From the NCBI RefSeq assembly GCF_009914755.1, contig NC_060926.1: a stretch of 64,000 bases of DNA; one strand, given 5' to 3'. Position numbers and translations under genes: made by a program. Position 1 is the stretch's first letter, and every line of letters starts with the position of its first letter. This DNA is from the human T2T-CHM13v2.0 reference genome, Homo sapiens. Shown here piece after piece: positions 1 through 12,663 of this stretch. Below the pieces are notes generated by a model. The model was not told where the DNA came from and searched no databases. It worked only from the letters and a program-made list of their open reading frames with translations.

Positions 1-1330
1 TTGTAAATATATATATATTTTGTAAATATATATTGTAAATATATATAAATATATATTTTGTGAATTATATATATATTGTAAATTATATATATATTTTGTA
101 AATATATATAGTAAATATATATATTTTGTAAATATGTATATATATTTTGTAAATATATATATTTTGTAAATATGTATATATATTTTGTAAATATATACAT
201 TTTGTAAATATATAAATATATACATTTTGTAAATATATAAAAATATATACATTTTGTAAATATATAAAAATATATGTTGTAAATATATAAAAATATATAT
301 ATTTTGTAAATATATAAATATATATATTTTGTAAATATATATATATTTTGTAAATATATATAAATATATACATATTTTGTAAATATATAAATATATACAT
401 ATTTTGTAAATCTATATAAATATATACATATTTTGTAAATCTATATAAATATATACATATTTTGTAAATCTATATAAATATATACATATTTTGTAAATCT
501 ATATAAATATATACATATTTTGTAAATCTATATAAATATATACATATTTTGTAAATCTATATAAATATATACATATTTTGTAAATCTATATAAATATATA
601 CATATTTTGTAAATCTATATAAATATATACATATTTTGTAAATCTATATAAATATATACATATTTTGTAAATCTATATAAATATATACATATTTTGTAAA
701 TCTATATAAATATATACATATTTTGTAAATATATATAAATATATACATATTTTGTAAATCTATATAAATATGTACATATTTTGTAAATATATATAAATAT
801 GTACATATTTTGTAAATATATATAAAGATATATATTTTGTAAATATATATAAATATATATATTTTGTAAATATATATAAATATATATATTTTGTAAATAT
901 ATATATAGTAAATATATGTAAATATATATATTTTGTAAATATATATATATTTTGTAAATATATGTAAATATATATATTTTGTAAATATATGTAAATATAT
1001 ATATTTTGTAAATATATGTAAATATATATATTTTGTAAATATATGTAAATATATATATTTTGTAAATTTATGTAAATATATATATTTTGTAAATATATGT
1101 ATATATATATATTTTGTAAATATATATACATATATATTTTGTAAATATATAAACATATATATTTTGTAAATATATTTATAAATATATATATTGTAAATAT
1201 ATTTATAAATATATTTATAATATATATAGTAAATATGTTTATAAATATATATATTGTATATATAAATATATATATTTGTATATATACACACAAATATATA
1301 TATGTTTGTAAAAGTGTAAATATATATACA
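1..1330. repeat. AT-rich minisatellite/VNTR (core TATTTTGTAAATATATA) in LY75 intron 12; runs off left edge
   Basis: Tandem units seen directly, including about 11 perfect 29-bp copies TATTTTGTAAATCTATATAAATATATACA (~391-720) and 27-bp units TTTTGTAAATATATGTAAATATATATA (~950-1090). Confidence 0.97.
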
Positions 1331-1693
1331 CTTTTTTTACATTATTAGGAGTGCTGGAGCTGTTAATTTGACAACAAGAATTAGAGGAATATGAGGATCA
1401 TAGGCATAGTGGCAGTATGGCATATAGTACACCAACTTACTGGGAAAAAAAGACGTTGGGGTGGAGCCACTTCTGGCTTTGGGCCTGCCCTTTCAGGTAG
1501 GACACGTGCAGGGTGTGGGGCTGAGGCACCTCACACCAGAGGTTCAGCGATGCCCTGCCAAGGACTCTGTGCTCCAGAGCACTTTAGTTAGGTTACATAG
1601 TACTATGGAGAAGAGCATAATTTGTACAAGGACATGAACAAGGGTAGTGGAAAAATAACTTCATTGAAGGATAGAATGAGAATGTCACTTTAC

Positions 1694-1893
1694 CTTATAA
1701 CAAGAAAGACTTGCGGGGAAACTCTGCCAGCCTTCAGGACAGGGGTCATCAGGCTTAGGGGATGCTTCTTCAGGCCCAAGGGGTCCACTCATTTTCTTGC
1801 AAATTGAAAGTGCTTTGAAGCTTCTGCAGTCCTTCACCTCCCACTTTCCAACAGACTTTCCAGTAGACATAGCCACGCAGCCGCCCGGGGAAG
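1694..1893 (-). CDS. LY75: LY75 coding exon 12 (end of CTLD3, start of CTLD4): (A)SPGGCVAMSTGKSVGKWEVKDC...SLSCYK
   Basis: cccag|CT acceptor, AAG|gtaaag donor, 200 nt, phase 1 to 0; translation matches DEC-205 as I recall it. Confidence 0.96.
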
Positions 1894-2954
1894 CTGGGAT
1901 TGAAGTGGAAAGCTCAATTAAAAATTAAAACGTTAAAGTTCAAACATTTTCTAGTGTTTCTACTCTTTACTTCAGCCAAGTTGGGGAGAGAGAATAAAAA
2001 AAAAATGGAACAAAGAGAGGAAAGAAATATGTTGTTCAGAATAATAATGACAGGTGTTTATTATTTGTAAAGTACTTTTTGAAAAAGATTAATCCTCATA
2101 ACAAACCTATGGGGGGATTCTATTGTCATAATTTGAGGTACAGTGAGAATGAAGTGACTTGTTCAAGGTCATAGAATTAGTAAGTGGTTGCCCCAGGATT
2201 TGTGCCCAGGTGGTCTGTTTCTAGAGCTGTACCCTAAATACTACTGCTGCTTAGGATAGTGGTTCAAATTAGCTTAAAAACTTTGAGCAGTTTTTAAGAA
2301 ACTTAGTTAACCTCAAAACACAACTCTCCCAGATTCTGATCCAAAGGAAAAGCTGGTACAATAAAGGTAGAAGGAGGTATGTGGTAACATACATTTGTTT
2401 ACCGTTAATTTTATGACAGTCATAATTTTATGTATTCATAACAGTATTAAAAGGTAGTTTGAATTATCAGTTCCATTTTGTAAATGAAGACTAAGTAACT
2501 TGCCCACAGTCAGAGTTAGTGAATGGTAGAGGTGGGGTTGAAACCAGATTTGTCTGACAAAACATCATGTTCCATTTTCCATTACATCACACTGCCTGAA
2601 GCAGGTAAAAGACAAGAAGAGTTACATATACTGAAAAGTAATAGGACAACTTCTATCCCACCAAACAGAGAAGCCACATAGTCTCATATACACAAACAGC
2701 AAGAGGAATAAGAAACTGGGAAAAATAATTGCCTTGCTACCCTGAATGGGTGTGCTATTTTTCCCTGTTCAGTCCTTCTATCCACGGTGTGCCCATGATA
2801 GACCAAGTTGGCTGAGGATGGGTGCAATAATGGTAAAGAGAGCTTCACATAGCCTTTCTGGCGATAGAATGGAGGAAGTAGTCATGGTAGCTACTTCCCA
2901 AGCACCTCTCCAACCACCAAGACTTAGTTATCAAGAACGTCACCTTTACTCTTA

Positions 2955-3304
<350 letters not shown>

Positions 3305-3832
3305 CTATGTGCTTTATCCATTAGAGTGTTCTTAATCTGAGATTTAACCAGGATCAACATCTGTATACTCTATCTTTTTCAGACATAAAAGGATGACTTT
3401 GTTACTAGCAACATCACTCATGTTGATGGTGATGACCATGTGTCCTAACTTTTGTGGGCATTTTCTATTTCAAATAACATGTTCAATTGTAAGCTCATAT
3501 TTTCCAATCTCTGTGTTATAAAAAATAGTCTTCATGATCACATTAGACCAACACAATAAAATATAAATAATTCACAGGGTGAAAAGTAGAATGCTTTATA
3601 CTGCTGTCTTATTCAAAGCCACTGGCTTAAAAATCAGGAACTCTGGATTTCATTAATTCAATAACCAGATGATCTTTGTCAAGTAAATCACCTTTTAAAG
3701 TCTCTGTTTTCTTAACTCTAAAAGTATTTCTGAGGTCCTTTCCGGCTTAAGTGTTCTGATTCTATGGCAAATTATGGTCAATGCTTTAGGCTGGTTGGAG
3801 AAAGAGGAAATAACTTTCAAAATAAATAAGAA

Positions 3833-4168
<336 letters not shown>

Positions 4169-4567
4169 TTACCCATTGAGAATAATGGAAGAAAACACAT
4201 TCAGTTTTGAAAATAGGTTAAGAAGCAGAGAGATGAAAATGTAAAGAGCCTCACACGGGAGCTTCTAGATTCTATTTGAGATTTACATGGAAAAGATTTT
4301 AAAAACTCACACTGGTGCTTCTAGCTCTGAGCCATTAGATGGTGGTTTGGGAGAACTAAGTTTTTGAATTTCTTTCATTGGATTATTCCCAAGGACATAA
4401 TAGGGAAGACATAGCCACTGCTTCTATTTATGGTTCCATAGATAGACTCCAATCCTGAAGATCATCATGTCCCTCACATTTCAAAAGTAAGTGAGGAACA
4501 TCTTTGGGAGGAGTGCTGCCTTTCACTAGTCACAGTATACTACTACTTCAAAGATTAAGACACTCAC

Positions 4568-4737
4568 CTGGCTCAAGAAAATTCCAGTTGGAAAAGGTTA
4601 CAGCCCGCCTTCTTCCACCAACAGTTGCCCAGTTATACTCTCCACAAGAATCTACATCTCTCAGGCCAGTCCAGAAGTATTTTCTTAGAGATTTATCATA
4701 CTTTTTCATCAAATCATTTAGGTATTCTTGCTCAAAT
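4568..4737 (-). CDS. LY75: LY75 coding exon 11 (CTLD3): (R)FEQEYLNDLMKKYDKSLRKYFWTGL...NWNFLEP
   Basis: tgtag|A acceptor, CCAG|gtgagt donor, 170 nt, phase 2 to 1. Confidence 0.96.
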
Positions 4738-4876
4738 CTACAAAAGGAGAATCAAATTGGCAAGTGTTTCACAATGATTGACTCTATTTGAAGATGCACC
4801 TTTTACTTAGGAAGACTGTTTGGCAAAAGAATTCAGAGTTGAAAGTTTATGAGTACAAGTTTACTGATGGTCACAC

Positions 4877-4965
4877 CTGCTAGTGATAGTCAGATTGCAG
4901 TTTGTTCCAAAAGGGACCTCATCCTCATAAATCTTGTAACAGGTTTCTCCATGTCTCTTCCAGCC
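4877..4965 (-). CDS. LY75: LY75 coding exon 10 (CTLD3 start): GWKRHGETCYKIYEDEVPFGTNCNLTITS
   Basis: cttag|GGC acceptor, AG|gtgtga donor, 89 nt, phase 0 to 2. Confidence 0.95.
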
Positions 4966-5502
4966 CTAAGTCAGAGGAAAAATATTGTCAAACTCTTTTC
5001 CAGACTTGATGGTGTCCCGTCTGGCAAGCATGTTTCTGCTACATTGATAACGTCTTAGAACTTGTGGAAATTGAGGACATGGCTATTGAAATCATACATG
5101 TGATGAGGGTGGGATGCAATTTCACAGATAACCTCCACAAGACTGTGGGCCTGTGTCAGACAAAAAGTATGGGTTACTTCTCATATGGGTGGCTGGCTCA
5201 TCATAAGAGTATAATATTCACTGGATGAATTATTTTTGAATATTGATATTAGTGGGGGAAGTAAAGACATCAGCCTTGAGGATAGTAATTCTACAAATAT
5301 TTATAGAAATTTTCAAGTTTCTGCTTCTGTAAGAAGGCCAATATGCTATGACTCACTGCCTTCTGGCTTGTTCTAACTTAAATGAACAGAAGCTAGTAGT
5401 TTCCTCTATTTTATAAGTCTGAGTTATTTAAGTCTCAGCTACCATTTCTAACCAAGAAGTTGTAATACTGCTTGAGAAAATTTACATAGGGATTTTACCT
5501 AC

Positions 5503-5613
5503 CTCATCTGGAGGACACATCTTATCAGAACTTGCGTCATTCAGTTTTTCTCCCTTTCTCTTGCATACATATTTTAGTTTCTCCTCACATGATTGGACTT
5601 TCCACTGACCTAG
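5503..5613 (-). CDS. LY75: LY75 coding exon 9 (CTLD2 end): LGQWKVQSCEEKLKYVCKRKGEKLNDASSDKMCPPDE
   Basis: tcaaag|CTA acceptor, GAG|gtaggt donor, 111 nt, phase 0 to 0. Confidence 0.96.
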
Positions 5614-6923
5614 CTTTGAAAGGAGACAAAAACATTTGCTTGGAAAGGAAATTATTTACCGCATATTCAGAACTGAACTCACAAAAACTATGACAGAGAC
5701 AGAGAGAGAGAAATGAATATAAGTGAATTATCAAATGTGAGAACACACTCCTAGAAAATGCTACTCAACAGGCCTGCAAAGTGATGGCTCACAGCCAGTT
5801 ACCTCAGCATCACCTCCAGGTCACAGTGTGGATAAATTTCATTTTCTTATAAGAGTAGCAATAAAACCATCAAAGCACACTTAGTATAAAAGTTGAAGAG
5901 AGAAGAACTCAGCCCACAGTTCCAGCATTCTAGTCTTCTAGACTAGAATGGCACAGCCAAAGTTTGAAACTTTTAGGTACATCATCAACCTCCCTTTCTC
6001 GGTTTCCTCACGTGTAAAATGATGATGGTGGCTAAAATAGCTATTCTCCATGAATTCTAGGTCAAAAGTTTCTTTCAACTCTACTTCAATCTGGACTTCA
6101 AAATTCTCTCTTTCATATATGCTACTTAACATTAATTTGCTTAATTGACTACGTCACTTTGCTTTGTTTGAATTAAATTCTAATAAGTCGATTGTGATAA
6201 GGGTCAGTTTTGAACATTGGAATGCTGTCTAGGTATGCCATCAATTCACTCTTGCCCATGGGAACACTTTTCCATTTCTGATGTTCTTCTAAAGACATGT
6301 TGGATGTCCTTTTAAATAGAGCATCAAATGTGACACCTTTCTAAACTTCTTTTAAATACACATAATATTTATTGCTTCCACTTAAGTCTCTTTAGATGTC
6401 TGAGTGACACAGTCACTTTCATAACCAATTAGGGGTCCACAGGAAAGTGATACAAACAAAACGTAGAGGTACATATATCTTTTCTGCTCAAGACACAGCC
6501 TATTTTGGATTATTAAGTAAAAGATGTTCAAAAAATGTTTAAGCATTCTATAGGAGTAAGGTGGTTTCTGAAAAATGTTAGGCCTAGTTTTTAAATAAAA
6601 CCATTTTTTTACTTCTCAAAGTAGTATCGATATAAAACAATCTGAACATGAATTTGGAAGATGGGATTTTTCAGGTTAAATTGTGGCTATCTGCCGAATA
6701 TCACACTGATGGCAGAAAGGTGGGTGCAGGCCCTGGTCCTGAGAGAAAGCAGGTTGCTAGAATCAGTCAGCACAAGAATGTGAGTTCTAAAGGGATTCTC
6801 TGTATCTGTTTGAGACCAGAAAAGATGCTCTCAGATAGGATATGGGTTGCTTATTTAGTAATTGCTTTTATTTACCTTTTTAAAGTAGCTACCAGAAAGA
6901 CAGTCTAGACTTTAGATTATTTG

Positions 6924-7192
6924 TTGCCAACCTTTGACACCAGGGACCAGTTTTGTGGAAGACAATTTTTTCCACAGAGGGTGGGGAAGAGGATAGTTTT
7001 GGGATGAAACTGTTCCACAAGGAAGTGCAACCTAGATCCCTTGCATGTGCAGTTCATAATAGGGTTCACCCTCCTAGGAGAATCTAATGCTGCTGCCAAT
7101 CTGACAGGAGGCGGAGTTCAGGCAGTAATGCTTGCTTACCCGCCGCTCACCTCCTGCTGTGCGGCCCAATTCTTAACAGGTAATGGTCCGTG
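6924..7192 (+). mobile_element. MER1B-like hAT-Charlie DNA transposon, internally deleted
   Basis: Recognisable MER1 segments CACCAGGGACCAGTTTTGTGGAAGACAATTTTT and CAACCTAGATCCCTTGCATGTGCAGTTCA...CTGACAGGAGGCGGAG. Confidence 0.85.
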
Positions 7193-7326
7193 GCTCTGTA
7201 CCCTGATCCAGAGTGCTCTTACCTTTTCTTTTCCAGCTTATACGCAAACTTCCCAACCAAAGAAGTCTTAATATTATCATTAGGTAAAACAGTAAGAATA
7301 TAAAGAAACCACAGGAGGTTTCGTAC

Positions 7327-7484
7327 CTCTCCTAAGTAGGAAACACAGTTGGGCGTCTTATTGTAGGGAACATTTGGCTCATTCTCATCCCAATATGTTA
7401 GAGTAACTTCAGTACCATCTGACCACTGAAATAAAGTTGGTATGTTTATGTTCTTAAGGCCTATCCACACTTCTTCTTTGATAT
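7327..7484 (-). CDS. LY75: LY75 coding exon 8 (CTLD2): (D)IKEEVWIGLKNINIPTLFQWSDG...PNCVSYLGE
   Basis: ttttag|AT acceptor, GAG|gtacga donor, 158 nt, phase 1 to 0; WIGL CTLD motif. Confidence 0.97.
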
Positions 7485-8064
7485 CTAAAAGAAAAATGTA
7501 TTATTTGTTTGGTTTTGCTCAATTAAATACTGTAATATGTACATTGTTATACAAATTTTTATATTCTGATATGGAGTTTTAAGAGCCTTTGTAGTATTCT
7601 TAATTCGGTTATTAATATGTTGATACGACAGGCAGGTTGGGTAATGAAGGCTTTTCAAGTAACTTATGCAAGTAAAGTACACAGGTAGAACATCTGCAGG
7701 CTGGGTGTTCCTGATATCTGGTGTAGATAAACTTTGCTTTGTGGGGTGAATGAAATTCTATAAATACAATCATACATATCCCAATTTGAATAGAAATACT
7801 GTCCACTGCTGCCCTGGTATGACTCTGCTGCCTTCACAAGTGAAACAAGGAGCACCAGGCTGGCACTGAGTAGGTACCTACTCTTAGCTATTCTAGCTAA
7901 GAGTTCTATTCTAGGAAGAGATCATAATACTGTCCGTCTAGTATATTTTCCTTTACCAGTCTTTAGCTTTCAAATAATTACAAAAGTGAAGTAATTATCA
8001 CTTAAGTTTTTTGAGCAACTTAAATAGAATTTAGCTCATGAGAAGAGGGAAATCAATCAATGGC

Positions 8065-8260
8065 AGTACTGTCAAATTGGTTGCCACTAGGCACATGCGG
8101 CCACTTAAATTAATTAAGATGAAATAAAAGTAATAATTCAGTTCCTCAGTTGCCCTGGCTACATGCCAACTGCTCAGAAGCTGCATGTTGCTAGTGACCA
8201 CCATACTAGACCAATTGTAGAACAGTTCCATCACCAGAGACGATCCTATCTGACAGGGCT
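8065..8260 (+). mobile_element. MER3/MER33-like hAT DNA transposon
   Basis: GCCACTAGGCACATG...AATTCAGTTCCTCAGTTGCCCTGGCTACA...AGAACAGTTCCATCACC pattern. Confidence 0.7.
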
Positions 8261-8367
8261 GATCTGTGGGATCAAACTGTAAGCTTTTCATTCCCACAAA
8301 GAGTCTAAAACCAGGGATACTTTAAAATGGCTTAAGCCTCTCAAATAGGGTATTTTTAAAAACTTAC

Positions 8368-8559
8368 CCTCATTATGGAGTTTTGTGACAACCACCTCCA
8401 CATCTGCTAGAGAATGAATGCTGATTAGGTCACTACTGAAGGCTTTGCATTTCGCATGTGCCTTATCCCAGGAATTACTTTCATTTACCAGCAGATAGCA
8501 AAATCCATTATTTGGCAGCCAGCCTGCATCACAGCGGGTATCTGAGTATGTCCAGACAT
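8368..8559 (-). CDS. LY75: LY75 coding exon 7 (CTLD2 start): (D)VWTYSDTRCDAGWLPNNGFCY...VVVTKLHNE
   Basis: cccccag|AT acceptor, GAGG|gtaagt donor, 192 nt, phase 1 to 1. Confidence 0.97.
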
Positions 8560-9353
8560 CTGGGGGAAAAGCAGCTATTTATATTCCAGTAAAGATACAT
8601 CTATTGTGAATCAATAACATTGCAAATTCTTTTTTCTTGAATAATGAGAGTCCTGGAAAACTGGGGACGTGATGTCAGATGCTACGGTGACATGAATTCA
8701 TGTGGTGCCTACCACATAAATGAGGTATATATAGCATCATAGGAATTCCCGCTGGGATTCAGAAAATGATGTGACTTTAACATGCTTCAATGTGCTATAT
8801 GGCTGAGCACAGACTATTAAGGGCTTGGACACAGTCAAGGGAGATTGCCCTTAGTCCAAGTAGACAGTAGAAAGATGTGCCTTAAGTCATTTTCTGACAA
8901 ATCTTTTCCTGGATATGGAATTTGTTAGGTTTCCCTCCAGTCTCTGTCCTTGAGAAGATTATAAGAGGGCAAGCCTCCTTTTCTTGTATGGCCAGCTTAG
9001 CAAGGGGATGTAGATTAACGCTCACCGTTGAACAAAGGACAGGCAGAGATTTAAGGGACAGAATAAGACATTTATACACTTCGCATCCAAGAGATGAGAG
9101 GGCAAAGGTTACCCCTGGACTTCTTTCCTCCCCTCTGCTAGACAGATGGTCCTCATGGAATTAGTGATTCTGTTTTGACCATGAGAAAGCTCACAATCGA
9201 AGGTCTAATCTTTCCAGATTAGAAAAAAAGAATGAAGTATGAAACCCCACAGAATACTTCTATCCCCGTTAACAAAACCAGAAAGTGAGTTGGTTACTCA
9301 GACTTCACTGATTTAGAACCATTTGGAATATTTGTTGTAAGAAAACACAGCAT

Positions 9354-9548
9354 CTCTGGGGACTGTTGTGGGGTGGGGGGAGGGGGAGGGGGGAGGGATA
9401 GCATTGGGAGATATACCTAATGCTAGATGACGAGTTAGTGGGTGCAGCGCACCAGCATGGCACACGTATACATATGTAACTAACCTGCACAATGTGCACA
9501 TGTACCCTAAAACTTAAAGTATAATTAAAAAAAAAAAGAAAAAAAAAT
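9354..9548 (+). mobile_element. Very short 5'-truncated young L1 3' end (L1PA2-like)
   Basis: G-rich tract, then GATAGCATTGGGAGATATACCTAATGCTAGATGACGAGTTAGTGGGTGCAGCGCACC...CACAATGTGCACATGTACCCTAAAACTTAAAGTATAAT and poly(A). Confidence 0.92.
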
Positions 9549-10192
9549 GTGGACAGTTTGTTTTTTTTACTAAAGGATAAAGTGATTCAGATTCAGCTAG
9601 CCTCTTACACTTGCGAGATAACTCAATTAACTTTAATATTCTGAAATAGCATGTATTATTGTTATATTTTATAATTATGATAAAGGAACAGAGGAAAAAT
9701 ATCACCCATAATGGAACTTAATGCAATCATTTTCATATTCTAGTCTTTGTCTCAATGAATACATATTTTTACAAGATTAAAATGATAAGTAGGCATATCA
9801 TTTGGTTTTGTTCTTTGTATTTTCCTGCTGGCACAGTTATTTTAGTAAATGCATATTATTCAATCATGTGGAAACATCATGATTTATTTAATAATTGCTA
9901 CTGCAAGGTATTTACTTAATCTATCATCAATTGCTCTAGTTTATTTTCATTTGTGCTGGCTTTTCTATTATGCCTTTTGTTGTATGGACTAAATTTGGTT
10001 TGAATCAACTTGGAAGACAAATGTTCATTTCCCCTATTATCTTAAAATATCCCCTCAGATTCTTTATTTTATATCTAGTTTTTCCTTAAAAATTGCTCTA
10101 TACTCCTTTTTAGATGACAAGACATTTGAATGCTTTATTCCCTTCACTCACAGTTCCTTAAAGCAGGACATTTAAAAATCATCCTTTCCCCT

Positions 10193-10540
10193 TGATATGG
10201 TTTGGCTGTGTCCTCACCCAAATCTCACCTTAAATTCCCATGTGTTATGGGAGGGACCTGGTGAAAGGTAATTGAATCATGGGGGCAGGTCTCTCCCTGC
10301 TGTTCTCGTGATAGCGAATAAGTCTCATGAGATCTGGCGGTTTTATAAGGCGGAGTTTTCCTGCACAAGCTCTCTTTCTTTGCCTGCCACCATTCATGTA
10401 AGATGTGACTTGCTCCTCCTTGCCTTCGGCCATGATTGTGAGACCTCCCCAGCCACGTGAGATTGTAAGGTCCATTAAACCTCTTTTTCTTCCCAGTCTT
10501 GGGTATGTCTTTATCAGTAGCATGAAAACGGATGAATACA
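10193..10540 (+). mobile_element. THE1 (THE1A-like) solo LTR, ERVL-MaLR
   Basis: TGATATGGTTTGGCTGTGTCC...GAATACA, 348 bp, 5-bp TSD CCCCT/TCCCT. Confidence 0.92.
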
Positions 10541-10913
10541 TCCCTCCAGCTTTGAGTATTAGTTTCTCTCATTTGGTGAGGATGTAATTAAATACCAGGT
10601 ATACATCAGGCCCTGTGCTTGACAGTCAATACACTCCTCTTCTCCATTCTTTCAAAAACTCCTCACACCCTTCCACTCCTCAAAAACTTCAGCTGTTCTT
10701 GTGTCACTTTCATCCCCAAACACCCTGGAAAAACCCCCTTATTGTACACATTTTGTCCCTCTGCACCTCTCCTTTTTTACTTGATTTTTCAATGCAAAGA
10801 CTTGCCTGACAGAGAAGGATAGAAGAGGGCTGGGTGCTGTGGGGCACAAGGTAGAGAAGCCTGGGCTTACTCCTGTGTCTATAGGTTTTGCCTCATTACG
10901 GAGGCATGAACTG

Positions 10914-11099
10914 CAGTGGTTCTCAGACTTGAATACGCATCAGAACCACCTGGAAAGTTTCTTAAAATACAGATTGCTGGACCCCATCCTGTAGTTTCTG
11001 ATGTAGCAAATCTGGGGTGGGTCCTGAGAGCTTGCATTTCTAACAGGAAGAGGTGATGCTGATGCTGTTGGTCTGGGGACCACCCCTGGAGAACCACTG
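10914..11099 (+). mobile_element. MER5A hAT-Charlie MITE
   Basis: TIRs CAGTGGTTCTC...GAGAACCACTG and a typical internal sequence. Confidence 0.9.
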
Positions 11100-11396
11100 C
11101 TCTGGAGAAAAAAGAGCCACACACGAACAGAAGTATATTTCCTATCTTGAATATCTCTGCCTTCTTCTGGGCGCATACATATTTATATTTAATATTCTTC
11201 ATTACCTCAAATAAAGCTTTATTCATATATGGTTGATAATATCTAACCACAGGGTTAAAAATCAAGTACTTTTCTGTACTGTCAGTATCAGGAGAAGGAA
11301 AGGTGGAAACGGATGTTGGAAAAGATTTACTTGTTTTCACAAAACTATGATTTTAAGACCTATTTGTCTATTTGTATGAGTATGTGAGAAAGATAC

Positions 11397-11537
11397 CTGT
11401 TAACTCCACTGTATTATTTAATGGTTTCCTGCAGACATAGGGCAGTTGAGCTTCACAGGAAAAGCTCTGCCACAGACCAGACTCAGCATCCATTCTTGCA
11501 CAGCTGGAGCCACCTATAGTAGGTGCACTGGGCCTGT
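11397..11537 (-). CDS. LY75: LY75 coding exon 6 (CTLD1 end): (D)RPSAPTIGGSSCARMDAESGLWQSFSCEAQLPYVCRKPLNNTVELT
   Basis: ttttaag|AC acceptor, ACAG|gtatct donor, 141 nt, phase 1 to 1. Confidence 0.96.
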
Positions 11538-12663
11538 CTTAAAAGGGAACATTTTTCAAAGCATTAGAATGAGAAAGTTAGGGCCAGGATGGTGTCAGAA
11601 AGAATAATTTGTATTCCTAATTTTATGCTTTTATGGGAACTCATATTATAGTTAAAACTTAACTAAATTGAAACGTATAAGCCTCAATGAATAATTATGT
11701 GCTTAAATATGTCTTTCTTCTAAAATATAGAATCTAAAGGGAAAACATCATGATATGTTGTAGTTAATTTTAAAAACAAAAACCAAACTTTTTCCTCAAA
11801 TGACTTCCAGGCCATATTCTATGGTTAATAGCTCTTAATCTGCTACTCCATAAAATAAAAATATTAATTTATCATTGTCATGCCATTAAGGCCTTGAGTT
11901 AAAGATTAAATTATCTTTAAATATTCTATTTACTGAAATAATAAAAGTATTACTTCATTTGCTGGTAAGGAAATTTAGCAAACTAAATTAACTAAAGTGG
12001 CTAATTTGAATTTTATTGCTCTTAACTCAGTTTTCCTACTATGTGTGCAGGCAGCTTTATACTGAAATTAGTGTTAACTTTAGGTTCTACATTTGTCATA
12101 AGCCTAAGATTTTATTTTTCAAAGTTGTCTAATCCTTCCTTTGGGAAGAATGCTTTTTGGCTAAGTGGCATTTTGCTTGTTTTATTCCCTAAAAGACTTT
12201 CTTTGAGGTATTTATTTGTATTATAAAATACAACCATTATATTGTCAGTACTTGGGTGCTATAGTGGGGAGAGACCCCAAGAGTTTGAAAACGAGCGGAT
12301 AATTCCATATTAGAGTTCAGCTGCAGATGAAACACAGCATGGGTGAGTTATAGACATGCCAAGTCCTTTAGGGACATAGAATGGCTCCTGGGCCATGTGG
12401 TGGAGCTCATTTTGCTCTTACATAAAAATGTAGGGTTGTTCTAAAGGTCTAGAGGTTCAAATGCTCAGTTGTCCATGGTGTGGTTCAGCTTGGCAATAAC
12501 AGTACCACAATTAAGAATGGTTTAGGAAGAAAAAATTCTTCTGAGAGGTAACCATAGTAAGAGCTGCCAAGATGTGAAACTTTTCTAAGCTATTGGTGAG
12601 TGAGAAGCTTTTGCTTTTTTGAAGATTTGTTCTGTGCAGAGGGGGTAGGGAAAGAGCAGTTAC

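Noticed and set aside
391-720. CRISPR-like regular 29-bp repeat
   Set aside because: Units are head-to-tail with no unique spacers, the context is a primate intron, and no cas genes are present.
83-1293. Long I/Y/K-rich ORFs (105-215 aa) in the AT-rich array
   Set aside because: By-product of tandem units lacking stop codons in some frames; low complexity, intronic, no splice or promoter support.
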